IMG/VR virus record: IMGVR_UViG_3300009183_008543 | Coordinates: 1-64,000 of that record | DNA: 64,000 bases | From: a virus | Direction: 5' to 3' (one strand) | Translations under genes and position numbers: made by a program | Notes under the pieces: model-generated | The model's database searches: none | Seen by the model: the letters and a program-made list of their open reading frames with translations, nothing else | What the model was told of the DNA's origin: nothing | Shown here: in pieces, positions 37,209 through 46,856 of the stretch | How positions within the stretch are numbered: the first letter of the stretch is position 1 | Layout: every line of letters starts with the position of its first letter

Positions 37209-38154
37209 TTTTCCACTCCTCGATTCTTGTCTTGGCGATTCGAACAGCATCTTCAAACCACTCTTTTGTTTTTTTAAAGTGATCAGGACTATACATTTTT
37301 CCTGATGTGTAACTTCTAAAATGATCTATATTATCATCATTTGTTCGTTGTTGATTTTCTTCACGACCAATAATGCGACAATTAATTTTGTTCTTTCGAA
37401 GAATATAATTTCCCAAGATTTCAGTATCTGGCCAATTTGGTCGCATAGGATCTGGCTTATATTCAACAATATCATATTCATTGCAAAGTCTACGCAAACT
37501 CCATGCAAAGCCAATTCTGTCCATTATCTTCATATTGTACATGCTGGCTGTGTGTGAAATCATACCTTTCCAATCGGCATGTGATCTTGGACTCAATTCA
37601 TAACCTACAACTGGACAATCTTCATCGCACATGGATAGCATATCTTCTAATAAATCTCTTCTTTTCAAGAATACATCTGCATGTGTTGCAAACATATGTT
37701 TGGTGCGACAAAGTGACATAGCCATATCCATAGCCATGGCAGGATAATCGCTCGGATGAATAACGCCATTTAATGCAATGGTATGAACCTCAACATCTTC
37801 GTCACGAAGTTTAAGAACCTCTTCAATGTGATCGCTTTGACTGCCAGTATCAATAATCATGATAAATGGCTTAACAGTTTGAAGTCTTAGTAGTTCAATA
37901 CAATACTTAAGAGTCTCAGAAGTGTTTAAACAAGGTATAACCGCAGTTACCTTATACTCCCAAGGTTTTTTTTTACAGTTTCCTTCCCATGGAGCAGATA
38001 CAGTCAATTCTCCATATATGGGAGATATTTCGACCCTTGAAAGCTCTACTTCTTTCCAGATCGATTCTGTTTTAACCCAAACAAATTTTTTGTTAGAATC
38101 AATTCTTTTTTGATTTTCACTTAATTCATTCCATCTTGAATAAGAAATTTTCAT
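37201..38154 (-). CDS. GT2 family glycosyltransferase
   Basis: AVIPCLNT, LRLQT, IIDTGS, THADVF, PDTE. Confidence 0.75.
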   Translation of the reverse strand: MKISYSRWNELSENQKRIDSNKKFVWVKTESIWKEVELSRVEISPIYGELTVSAPWEGNCKKKPWEYKVTAVIPCLNTSETLKYCIELLRLQTVKPFIMIIDTGSQSDHIEEVLKLRDEDVEVHTIALNGVIHPSDYPAMAMDMAMSLCRTKHMFATHADVFLKRRDLLEDMLSMCDEDCPVVGYELSPRSHADWKGMISHTASMYNMKIMDRIGFAWSLRRLCNEYDIVEYKPDPMRPNWPDTEILGNYILRKNKINCRIIGREENQQRTNDDNIDHFRSYTSGKMYSPDHFKKTKEWFEDAVRIAKTRIEEWKNG

Positions 38155-38247
38155 GCAATTCTCTCTGGTAATATAATAAATAAGTATTTAACTTACATTT
38201 TTCAATTGAAAATTGTAAATATAAAAGTAAAAGAAAGGAAAAATAAT

Positions 38248-38535
38248 ATGAAAAAATTTAATGAATGGATGAGTTTTAGGCAAGAAGTCGAACCAAATGG
38301 TGGCGATTATAATTTCATTGGAACATATAACACAGAAAATCTACAAGGGCTAAAAGAAAAGAGCAACTTAGTAGAAATTGATAAGGCACTTGAATTTATT
38401 CCTAATTCTTATCGAAATCAATTTTCTGATGCTATTAGTTTATCTGCCGGAATTACACAAACCGAACAAAACAAAGAAATTGTTTGGATAACAAACAATG
38501 ACCAAGAAATTACATACTTGTTTGAAAAAAATTAA
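38248..38535 (+). CDS. Hypothetical protein with capsid-targeting-like N-terminus
   Basis: MKKFNEWMSFRQE; AAGGA RBS. Confidence 0.6.
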   Translation: MKKFNEWMSFRQEVEPNGGDYNFIGTYNTENLQGLKEKSNLVEIDKALEFIPNSYRNQFSDAISLSAGITQTEQNKEIVWITNNDQEITYLFEKN

Positions 38536-38538
38536 AAA

Positions 38539-38895
38539 TTATTTTTTAATATGAACAATACTGAATGGACTTTTTTCTTTTGATTTATTGTGTTTTTCAG
38601 TCTGAGGCTCTGGACCTTCTATGTGCCTTATATTAAATGGCTCTTTAGTGCCACTGTTTGGATTTTTATACTGTTTGTGTCCGGGAATATGGCGAATATC
38701 AAATGGTGGACCATCGCCATTATCGTACAGCCTATCATCTAAAGATATGTACAAAAAAGCATCTGCTGATCTAGGAATATAAGTTTGAAGTGGGTATAAC
38801 CCAATGCCACCATATCCCAAAGGGTATAAGCCAGTTTTTCCAGAAGTTTGACCTTCTTGTATTATCATCCAATTTTTAAATGACATTTTTTCCAT
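38539..38895 (-). CDS. Hypothetical protein with capsid-targeting-like N-terminus and internal repeats
   Basis: MSFKNWMIIQE; GLYPL x2; PF.I.HI x3; CATAAATA 4 nt upstream. Confidence 0.65.
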   Translation of the reverse strand: MEKMSFKNWMIIQEGQTSGKTGLYPLGYGGIGLYPLQTYIPRSADAFLYISLDDRLYDNGDGPPFDIRHIPGHKQYKNPNSGTKEPFNIRHIEGPEPQTEKHNKSKEKSPFSIVHIKK

Positions 38896-38917
38896 ATGTT
38901 ATTTATGTTTCATTTTT

Positions 38918-38951
38918 CAAAAAAAAAGGAGATGTCCAAAAAGACATCTCC
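38918..38951 (-). terminator. Rho-independent terminator
   Basis: GGAGATGTC-N6-GACATCTCC followed by a T-run on the minus strand. Confidence 0.8.
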
Positions 38952-38984
38952 AATGAGTAACAAGTTTTATAACCAAATAATTTT

Positions 38985-39257
38985 TTACTTGGTGCTAGGA
39001 GCAATAGCCTTTGGTTTTTCTGCACCTTTAGCTTCTTCTTTTTTCACATTATTTGCAGAAGTGCAACTAGAAGCACAGCGTCCAGACGAACAAGAACTCT
39101 TGCTTTGAAGAATTCGTCCACCAGATGTGCCACCAGATGTGCCACAAGATGAATTGCCACCACGAAGTTTTCCGCCCAAAAGTCCGCCACGACATCCTGC
39201 TTCAGCGGTATTTGCTACAAACGCAGTAGCCAAAGCCAAAACTACAAAAATCTTCAT
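38985..39257 (-). CDS. Secreted Gly/Ser/Cys-rich small protein
   Basis: Signal peptide ending AEA|G; GCRGGLLGG...SCG...CSSGRC; AAGGAG RBS. Confidence 0.7.
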   Translation of the reverse strand: MKIFVVLALATAFVANTAEAGCRGGLLGGKLRGGNSSCGTSGGTSGGRILQSKSSCSSGRCASSCTSANNVKKEEAKGAEKPKAIAPSTK

Positions 39258-39347
39258 ATCAAACTCCTTTAAGAAAAATATGGCTAACATTAGCCACGCA
39301 CATAAGCATACCAACTATTATTGAATTATCAAATAAAATATTATGAT

Positions 39348-39572
39348 TTATTTATTTTGATGTGGAATCCATATACGGAACAGTATCCCAAACAATAGAT
39401 TTAATTCTAAAGCTTGTAAAAAACTAATTTCTTTAAGCCTATCTCCAGTAATATCTGGAATTATTGCATTCCATAGCCAGTAAACTGGCAGGGTTAGTAA
39501 AAATGCGTAAATTATGATTATACATATGACGGCAACAACAATAGCGATTGTTTGTTTTATATTCATTTTCAT
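39348..39572 (-). CDS. Small membrane protein
   Basis: WLWN..IP....L.EISFLQAL.L motif typical of small phage membrane proteins. Confidence 0.6.
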   Translation of the reverse strand: MKMNIKQTIAIVVAVICIIIIYAFLLTLPVYWLWNAIIPDITGDRLKEISFLQALELNLLFGILFRIWIPHQNK

Positions 39573-39591
39573 TTCTCTCTGTTTTGATGAA

Positions 39592-39626
39592 AAAAGCCTA
39601 CTACAAATTTATTGTAGTAGGCTTTT
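39592..39626. terminator. Rho-independent terminator
   Basis: AAAAGCCTACTACAA-N5-TTGTAGTAGGCTTTT. Confidence 0.85.
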
Positions 39627-39685
39627 CATTTTATGAAACAAATTATTTTAGCAAATATATAAATAATTGTAACCAAACAGTAAAG

Positions 39686-39910
39686 TTAAGATTCAATTAT
39701 AAAATCAAGATTGCCATTGTCTTCGATGGTATCGGTAAAGTTACCACCATCTAAAACACGACCAGCGATTTTTCTATTGGTTCCATTAACAATGGTCATG
39801 GCATGAACAGATCGTTGGATCGAGTTACCATTAGTAACAGATGTATCCAAAGATCCTTCAGTACCCAAATTCACCAAAACTGGTGACAAATTTACAGTAT
39901 AAGTAGCCAT
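39686..39910 (-). CDS. Small putative virion protein (monocistronic)
   Basis: AAGGAG RBS, own terminator, MATYTVNL... beta-rich sequence. Confidence 0.6.
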   Translation of the reverse strand: MATYTVNLSPVLVNLGTEGSLDTSVTNGNSIQRSVHAMTIVNGTNRKIAGRVLDGGNFTDTIEDNGNLDFIIES

Positions 39911-40009
39911 AATTTTTCTCCTTTTGCAAAAGTAAACTACTAAAATATATAAACTTTTTAAAGCCTATTTTGATTTGCAAAGTGTATATTTAAGTGAATT
40001 CGGTGAGAA

Positions 40010-40882
40010 TTAATTAGGAATCAACAAATTCATCTCTGCAAGCTTAGAGAAATAATATGAATAAGTGTTACTTCCTGTGTGAAATATACTTAAATTTGGA
40101 TTAAACTCTGAGATGGCTATGTCAGTTTCATCAAAAAAATCAGTAGATATATTGTTTTCCAAAGTGAATAGATTAAAAGAAAGTTCTTCTCTCGATCTCC
40201 CATCAGGACGAATTGCAAACATCATATCTGACATTGGATGCTTTTTATACATCAACTCATTGCAATATTTCAAAACACAAGAACCGTATTTTTTTATTAG
40301 TCCTTTGCGAAATAAAACAACTCCAGAGTTCATTGGAGAAATTACTTTTTTATGAAGTTTATTTTCAATAAGATAAGAAAACATTATATCAGTTTTATCT
40401 ATTCTTGAGGTATCTTGTTCTTTCAATAATGCTACCATTCGGCAAGCATAAATATCGGAATCTTTATATTTGGTAAAAACATAATCTATTGGCTTGAAAA
40501 TAAAAGTGTCCACATCAAGAAGAAGAACATTCTCTGTATCTATTCCTTCAAACAAACACCGTTGCATACTAACAAAATTCTGCGATCTATAAGGAAGCTT
40601 TTCAACAACACGCATGTCTATATTGCACAACTTAACAAGACCTTCGATGTTTTCAAAATTCCAAGCCATATATTTTTGAACAAGATTAGAGTCTAATGAT
40701 TTAAAAATTTCATTAGTTTCAGACCAAGAATCAACATTAGAATCCTTAACATAAATAAGTTGAATTGGGATTTGTGGATTTATTGATCTCAACAGACGAA
40801 CCGAAACTGAAAATATTGCGTGATAAAGAGGATTATCATTCAAAATATAAAGACAAGATGTATTATTCATATTTGCTTGCAT
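40010..40882 (-). CDS. GT8-like nucleotide-diphospho-sugar transferase
   Basis: LLLDVDTFIF (DxD), MNSGVVLF, REELSF, IFH. Confidence 0.7.
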   Translation of the reverse strand: MQANMNNTSCLYILNDNPLYHAIFSVSVRLLRSINPQIPIQLIYVKDSNVDSWSETNEIFKSLDSNLVQKYMAWNFENIEGLVKLCNIDMRVVEKLPYRSQNFVSMQRCLFEGIDTENVLLLDVDTFIFKPIDYVFTKYKDSDIYACRMVALLKEQDTSRIDKTDIMFSYLIENKLHKKVISPMNSGVVLFRKGLIKKYGSCVLKYCNELMYKKHPMSDMMFAIRPDGRSREELSFNLFTLENNISTDFFDETDIAISEFNPNLSIFHTGSNTYSYYFSKLAEMNLLIPN

Positions 40883-41246
40883 TTCTTAAAAAGACAAATT
40901 TTGTTATTTCCGATTCATTAATCTGCCAGTAGCAGCCATTTTCATTAAATTCGCAATGATGCACTTTCATATTCATTCTTAAAGAGTATTCTGACTCAAT
41001 TTTTCTATTTAAAAAGACTTTTGCAAATATCCAGCCCTTTTCATCTGCGTGACTACACATTCCAGCACCAACAAATTCTTCTCCTAAATAAATAGGAACA
41101 AATCTTTTTGATTTGGACCACTTCTCAAAACACTTTTGATGTATACTAAAATTATGAGAATTCATTGTATCCACTTTAGCAAATGGAACAAAAATTTCAT
41201 CTTTAGTGCCTATAAAATTAAACAAAATTAAAAAAATACTAATCAT
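40863..41246 (-). CDS. Hypothetical protein
   Basis: Operon packing. Confidence 0.5.
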   Translation of the reverse strand: MISIFLILFNFIGTKDEIFVPFAKVDTMNSHNFSIHQKCFEKWSKSKRFVPIYLGEEFVGAGMCSHADEKGWIFAKVFLNRKIESEYSLRMNMKVHHCEFNENGCYWQINESEITKFVFLRNASKYE

Positions 41247-41427
41247 TAGGAATATCCAAAGAACATTTTCTAGATGTCATACCATTTTTACTCATTTCGT
41301 TGTCTTTTTTGTCTCTGCACTTAGGGCAGAATCTAATAGTCGCTTTGTCTGAACTATTAAATGTTTTGTTGCACCATCCAAGACAAGAAACAATTCCCTT
41401 GCGAGACACATCATTTTGTTTTTGCAT
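41239..41427 (-). CDS. Small Zn-finger protein
   Basis: CLGWC..TF.S.....RFCPKC; AGGAGG RBS. Confidence 0.65.
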   Translation of the reverse strand: MQKQNDVSRKGIVSCLGWCNKTFNSSDKATIRFCPKCRDKKDNEMSKNGMTSRKCSLDIPND

Positions 41428-41471
41428 AAATCCTCCTAATTTTTGCAAAATAACAAAAAATAGATATTTCA

Positions 41472-42203
41472 TCAAGATAATTGCGTCAATATATTCATAT
41501 ATTTTTTTATTTCTTCAAAACTCCAAGGAGTTCCAAATGGAATTCCATCTCTACGATTATCCACACCAACATCAAGTGTTTTGAGTTTTGGTTTACTGGC
41601 TCTAATAGTTTCTATCATCGTATCGAGTACTATTGGGTCTTTAATGAAAAAAGAAAAATTTTCTCTTATTTTATTTTCTTGATCTAAAGACATTCCATTG
41701 ATATCCTCTGCACAATAAGCTCCGTGTACATGTCCATATAGCATCCATGATCCGTACAATCTTTTGTTCCATGATCTGCATGGGTAATGATTCGTAAATA
41801 TTTGTTGCCCATTCACATTGAACATATATTGATCGGCACACTCAAAAAACTTTTCACAAACTTTTCTATCATCATGATTCCCAATAATAAGATGAACATT
41901 TTGACAATTAATTCTAGATCGCAAACTACCAACATATTTCTCTCTATCTTTGCTTCTAGAATAGCAAAAATCACCAATAATGATAAGTTTATCTCTTCTT
42001 CCAACAACAGCATTGATCGAATCAATAATCGCATCTGTCATCAATTGTGTAGATTCTTTAGAGATACTAATTTCAGACAAAGGTATTGATCCATTATCAA
42101 CCAATTCCATCAATCCAAGCTCTATTTGATTCATAAATGGTCTTTTAGAGTATTTGATAATATTTGAATGATTTAGATGCAAATCTGCGGTAAAAAACCA
42201 CAT
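41472..42203 (-). CDS. Calcineurin-like metallophosphoesterase
   Basis: TADLHLNH, IIGDF, GNHD, HYP, YGHVH, DVGVD. Confidence 0.92.
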   Translation of the reverse strand: MWFFTADLHLNHSNIIKYSKRPFMNQIELGLMELVDNGSIPLSEISISKESTQLMTDAIIDSINAVVGRRDKLIIIGDFCYSRSKDREKYVGSLRSRINCQNVHLIIGNHDDRKVCEKFFECADQYMFNVNGQQIFTNHYPCRSWNKRLYGSWMLYGHVHGAYCAEDINGMSLDQENKIRENFSFFIKDPIVLDTMIETIRASKPKLKTLDVGVDNRRDGIPFGTPWSFEEIKKYMNILTQLS

Positions 42204-42478
42204 TAGGTGATACTCCCATCAAAAAGACCTATAAATCTATATTTTTCAACGCCATTAACAAAATATATTGTTGTGGGATATAATTCGATTTTGTTATTGT
42301 AAGCGAGATCATGGTTTTCTTCCACATTTATCAATCCGCATTTAGCCTTAAGTCTTGCCTTTTTGAATAAATCAATTTGTAAAAAAGATGGTTTACCCCA
42401 TGGAACCCAAAATAAAACATACCATTCATTCTTTTTGATTAAATGAAAATTTTCATTTGTTATATTGACTAATTCCAT
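42203..42478 (-). CDS. Thioredoxin-fold protein lacking CxxC
   Basis: LFWVPWGKPS in place of FWAPWCGPC; INVEEN.DLA...I..YPT..YF.NG. Confidence 0.7.
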   Translation of the reverse strand: MELVNITNENFHLIKKNEWYVLFWVPWGKPSFLQIDLFKKARLKAKCGLINVEENHDLAYNNKIELYPTTIYFVNGVEKYRFIGLFDGSIT

Positions 42479-43125
42479 AAAAAGCTAAATCCAAAATTAT
42501 TTATTATTTTTTTGCAGTCTGGAAGTATCAACTTATTCTTTATGACACTCAAATCCGCCCCTACAAACTCAGAATGCCATCCGTGTCTTATCAGCGTAGA
42601 GCTTCCATTCATAAAAACTTGGGGCAAAAACCCCTGATACTTAGTGAAACCAAACATAAATCTAATAATGGCATTTTTTGTTTCTTTTGCCAATCGACAT
42701 TCTGAATAATCTCCGAACAAACAATCTTCAAAATTTTGATTTTTTATATCGAAATTTAAACTACATCTAAGAAGCAATGTCAATAAAGATCTTTTCAACA
42801 CACAATCAAGCCAAAAATTTGATGGTGTCATCCAAATAATATTGATTTTATCTGTTCTTCTAAAATAAGAATATTGCATAGTTGTTCCAGACATGCAAAT
42901 TACTTCTTCAAATTTTGCTATAAAATTTGCAACATTTTCTGATTTAAAATCATGATGAGAGAAATAAAATCCAGACATATTTAATGACATTTTTCCTAAA
43001 AACTGTTCACGACAATGATCCCAAATAATAGGCTTAGGGCTTTCCTGATCACAAGCAAAGTAGCCAATTAGAGGGCAATTATAAATTAAATTAATCGTTT
43101 TTGATTCTAAAAATTTTGCTGGCAT
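42469..43125 (-). CDS. Hypothetical protein
   Basis: ORF; start uncertain. Confidence 0.55.
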   Translation of the reverse strand: MPAKFLESKTINLIYNCPLIGYFACDQESPKPIIWDHCREQFLGKMSLNMSGFYFSHHDFKSENVANFIAKFEEVICMSGTTMQYSYFRRTDKINIIWMTPSNFWLDCVLKRSLLTLLLRCSLNFDIKNQNFEDCLFGDYSECRLAKETKNAIIRFMFGFTKYQGFLPQVFMNGSSTLIRHGWHSEFVGADLSVIKNKLILPDCKKIINNFGFSFLWN

Positions 43126-43135
43126 ATTTACCAAA

Positions 43136-43798
43136 TTAATTGTTGAATTCCAACCGACAAGGTGATTTATCGGCAAATAATTTTCCAATCCATGCACTAT
43201 AGCTCTTAAGATATACAAGCATTGCATTGAACCATATCGAACACATCGATCTAGAATCCAAGCTAATATGATTTACTATTTCATTTATACTTTGAATTCT
43301 TTTTTCTAAGGAATTTTTCAAATTTAAACTTTCCCAAAGAAGTGATTTTATATTGTGTGGAACTTCTAAAAAATAAAGATCAAACATATAGACAAATGAT
43401 TCCCATAACATAAAACGAGCATCTTCTTTTGAATTTGCAAAAATCCAATTTGTATTAGACTTTTTAACTGCATAATACCAACTATAAATGAACTCCTCAT
43501 AATCATCATATTCAATCTTTTGACTTGATAAAGTTTTGAACAAAGTATTATGACTTACAAATTCATCATTCCTAATAGAATTCAATATTGGATATTGTAT
43601 TTTTTGAGGATATTTAAATTCAATGAAATAATTACCCGGACTTTTTGTTCTATTGTTCCAGCTAATGCTTATGTAAAGATAAGTATTTGATGTGGTAATA
43701 ACTGATGGTTTTGCTATAGCAAATGTATTATAACAATGATGAACAACAGATAGATTTTGAAGATTTTTTCGCTGTATATATTCTTCTAATATATTCAT
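43136..43798 (-). CDS. Hypothetical protein
   Basis: ORF in operon. Confidence 0.6.
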   Translation of the reverse strand: MNILEEYIQRKNLQNLSVVHHCYNTFAIAKPSVITTSNTYLYISISWNNRTKSPGNYFIEFKYPQKIQYPILNSIRNDEFVSHNTLFKTLSSQKIEYDDYEEFIYSWYYAVKKSNTNWIFANSKEDARFMLWESFVYMFDLYFLEVPHNIKSLLWESLNLKNSLEKRIQSINEIVNHISLDSRSMCSIWFNAMLVYLKSYSAWIGKLFADKSPCRLEFNN

Positions 43799-44487
43799 TT
43801 TTTACTTGGTGTTAATGCCTTGTCTAAAATTGGAAGATTAGGTTCAATAATATCAAGTTTGATTTCTGGCTTTGGTTCTGGTTTGATTTCTGCCTTAGTA
43901 TCTATTTTTTGACGAATTCCAACAAGTTCTTTTTGTACTTCTGAAATTAGATATTTAATTTCATTAAAACTATTTTTTTTATCTTTATTTGTTTCAAGTC
44001 TTTCAAAATAATCAATTGTCTTAATTTGTGAGTTTTTTATTTCTAGAGCCATAGCATTAAGCTCCTCAATCTTTTTAGATAAATCTTTTATTTTCCCATC
44101 AACTGCGGACATACTATTGCTATTTATCATCTTGATGTCATTGATTTGTTTTTTAATTGCAGAAAATGTTTCCAAAAAACTTGGATCATTATTTCCAGCC
44201 TTTGACTCCAATTGATATGAAATTAATTTTTCATCTTTATAATCATTGCACTTTTTATCACTATAGTCAAAATGCAAATCGCACAAGTTTCCTTGCTTTT
44301 CATAAATAAATATGATGGGAACTTTTTTGTTTAAAATTGGAATGGTTATCTTATCGCCATTTGGCAAAATAGATTCTGCATGCTTACATGACTTTATTTC
44401 TTCTTTATAATTTATCGTATATGTATAACTTTTAAGATTTTGATGCTCTGAAAAAATCATTCCGATAATAAGTGCATAATATATCAT
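43795..44487 (-). CDS. Secreted/anchored coiled-coil protein
   Basis: Hydrophobic N-terminus, heptad-rich body. Confidence 0.55.
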   Translation of the reverse strand: MIYYALIIGMIFSEHQNLKSYTYTINYKEEIKSCKHAESILPNGDKITIPILNKKVPIIFIYEKQGNLCDLHFDYSDKKCNDYKDEKLISYQLESKAGNNDPSFLETFSAIKKQINDIKMINSNSMSAVDGKIKDLSKKIEELNAMALEIKNSQIKTIDYFERLETNKDKKNSFNEIKYLISEVQKELVGIRQKIDTKAEIKPEPKPEIKLDIIEPNLPILDKALTPSKK

Positions 44488-44705
44488 TTCAATTCCTCAA
44501 GAAATTTATTTTGAAAAGTAAAATCCTTCAGCCTAATCCAACATTTTGAATCCTCATCCCAAGTAATGGGATATTTTTTTGGTATGGATTCCAAAATATC
44601 AAATAAATGAGTTACATTACTAGCATGTTCTAACGATCTTTGAAAAATTAATGGATGTAATTTTGGATATCTTTTTCTCAATCCATCAACGATATTATTA
44701 TCCAT
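44484..44705 (-). CDS. Hypothetical protein
   Basis: Coupled ORF. Confidence 0.55.
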   Translation of the reverse strand: MDNNIVDGLRKRYPKLHPLIFQRSLEHASNVTHLFDILESIPKKYPITWDEDSKCWIRLKDFTFQNKFLEELK

Positions 44706-45000
44706 TCATTCTCTTTCCATTAAAGAAGTTTCTTGCACCATCTTTAGCTGTTTTCAAATTGTAAAATCTCCAAAAGGCACAAAAAATAACGCCACCTAAA
44801 ATTGACATAAAAAAGCCAGAAGGCTCATAAGGTGCTTTTCCAGAATTTATAACCCAATTTAAAAACCCACCAATCCACGATCCGCAAATTCCAATCAAAA
44901 TAGTTGGCAACAAACCAACTGGATCTGATCCGGGATGAATAATCTTTGCAATAAATCCAGTGATAAGCCCAAATATAGAAAAAATTATAATACTAAACAT
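44698..45000 (-). CDS. GlsB/YeaQ/YmgE (transglycosylase-associated) membrane protein
   Basis: FGLITGFIAKIIHPG.DP.G...TILIGI.GS.IGG...GFFMSILGGV. Confidence 0.9.
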   Translation of the reverse strand: MFSIIIFSIFGLITGFIAKIIHPGSDPVGLLPTILIGICGSWIGGFLNWVINSGKAPYEPSGFFMSILGGVIFCAFWRFYNLKTAKDGARNFFNGKRMNG

Positions 45001-45002
45001 TT

Positions 45003-45848
45003 TTACCTCTCTGCTTTCTTAATTGTTAAATAACTATCTGGTGTTACTCTTTCCTGTAAATCTTTCGACAAACCATTTACATATCTCACATATGTTTTCT
45101 GAAAATCATCCATAATTTTGAATCCCAAAACTTTTTCCGTAGCAACCTTCGATCCACTATGATGAGATGTTTTCAAAAAACTATGAAATCTTACTTCTCC
45201 GAATTCTTTACGCAACAATAAGCACAAAGCTGCAGATTGCGAAGAAAATACTTTTTGTCTATCTAAACTCAATTTCAAAAATTGATCTTCTTGTAAATTC
45301 AAGATACTCTCTAAATCAAACAACTTACTACTAGATAAAGAAGATAAATCAACTTTAATGTCTGATGTCAGACCATTCAATTGACACATACCTTTGATAG
45401 ACCAAATCGGAAACTTAAAATTGTTTACTTGTTCAAATTCTGCAAAAATAATTTGACTTAAATTAATTGGTAAAATTTTTGCAGGTTTATCGTCTAAAGC
45501 CAACCACATAGCCGTAATTTCAATTGATCCATCTTTTCTTCTAATCTCAACTTTTGAATCATTTAAATTAAACAACTTATTTAACATCGCAGAATCTGGA
45601 ACGCAAAAAATTCTACATTCTTTAGAAAATTTAACATCTGGCAAACCCCATCTTGTTAAGCACCAAACTTTGATGTCATCAAGATTGTTTTTCATCCATA
45701 GCCCATGATCGTCATCAATGCTTAGAATGGTGAAATTACTTGTGACATATCGATGCCACGCCAAATCTTTCAACAATTGATCATCTTGTGCAATAACAGA
45801 TGTATTGAAAAAAAACAACATAAACATTAAAACAAAAGTTTTTCTCAT
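45003..45848 (-). CDS. Secreted zincin (peptidase MA-like) homolog lacking HEXXH
   Basis: Signal peptide; TSNF, ILPINLSQII (for VLPHE..H), PIWSIKG (for P.W..EG), FSSQS. Confidence 0.5.
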   Translation of the reverse strand: MRKTFVLMFMLFFFNTSVIAQDDQLLKDLAWHRYVTSNFTILSIDDDHGLWMKNNLDDIKVWCLTRWGLPDVKFSKECRIFCVPDSAMLNKLFNLNDSKVEIRRKDGSIEITAMWLALDDKPAKILPINLSQIIFAEFEQVNNFKFPIWSIKGMCQLNGLTSDIKVDLSSLSSSKLFDLESILNLQEDQFLKLSLDRQKVFSSQSAALCLLLRKEFGEVRFHSFLKTSHHSGSKVATEKVLGFKIMDDFQKTYVRYVNGLSKDLQERVTPDSYLTIKKAER

Positions 45849-45860
45849 AATAATTTATCC

Positions 45861-46847
45861 TCAATCAATTTTGTATATCCTATCTAATAGAGTTTTTGCT
45901 TCTTTTTTAGCATTGATTTGTTTAAAATAATGATTTGAAGAAGAAGAATTTTGATTTTTTATGATTCTTTTTAATAGCCATTTTCTTAAATTGAAAAAAT
46001 TATTATCGTATATATCAAAGGATCTTTGCCTGTATAAGCCAAAAAATGATAACATATCTGTTACTGAGTATCTTCTTTTTGATAAATTATTTAATGGAAA
46101 TATTTTTTTATTTTTAACATAATCAACAAAGTTTACAAATAATATAATCCAACACTTAGCATCTTTTCCACAAACAGTTCCTTCTGGACATCTAAATTCA
46201 ACCGTATTACGAATGTCTGTTTTGTTGTGTAAAGAATTATAAAAGTTGACAATATTTAAAGTTGATCTTTTAGCATTTGTTGCCGACAAAACATCCTCGC
46301 TTGGCTTGAAAAACTTGGCAATGTTGACGGCATCCAATGATGAATAAAGATGTGATATTACCCAATGTTTTATACTAGGATTTAAAAATTTACAATATTT
46401 ATTTTCCCATCTTGAAAAAGGCAAAGCATAAATTAAAACTTGTTCTATTGCCATCCAATACAAAAGAAGTCTGCCTATATCGTCTTCATCAAAGTCACTA
46501 ACATCAACATGAACATGAAGTCCACAAAATTTATTGACTTCGGCTTTATTTTGTTTCACCTTGTTTATAACATGAGAAACATGATTCACATCTTTTAATC
46601 CAGAACAAATATAACTTGCTATTTCGATTCCTAATGGACCTCCAGATCCACGAGGACCACAACTGGCATCATTTTTCACATGCCAATAATTATTTCTATA
46701 TGAAAGCGAATAACGAGTCGTTATTGCTTTTCTGTAAGAATTCTGCTCTATAATTTTCTTTATGTCTTTTTTAGATAAATTGTTCGACAACTCGAATTCA
46801 ACTCCGAATTTACGATTAGAATTAAATTTTTTATATTTTATTTTCAT
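45861..46847 (-). CDS. Putative amidoligase (COOH-NH2 ligase, Amidoligase_2)
   Basis: RKFGVEFE, WHVKNDAS, IEIAS, VNKFCGLHVHV, TVEFR..EGT. Confidence 0.88.
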   Translation of the reverse strand: MKIKYKKFNSNRKFGVEFELSNNLSKKDIKKIIEQNSYRKAITTRYSLSYRNNYWHVKNDASCGPRGSGGPLGIEIASYICSGLKDVNHVSHVINKVKQNKAEVNKFCGLHVHVDVSDFDEDDIGRLLLYWMAIEQVLIYALPFSRWENKYCKFLNPSIKHWVISHLYSSLDAVNIAKFFKPSEDVLSATNAKRSTLNIVNFYNSLHNKTDIRNTVEFRCPEGTVCGKDAKCWIILFVNFVDYVKNKKIFPLNNLSKRRYSVTDMLSFFGLYRQRSFDIYDNNFFNLRKWLLKRIIKNQNSSSSNHYFKQINAKKEAKTLLDRIYKID

Positions 46848-46856
46848 TTATTTAAC

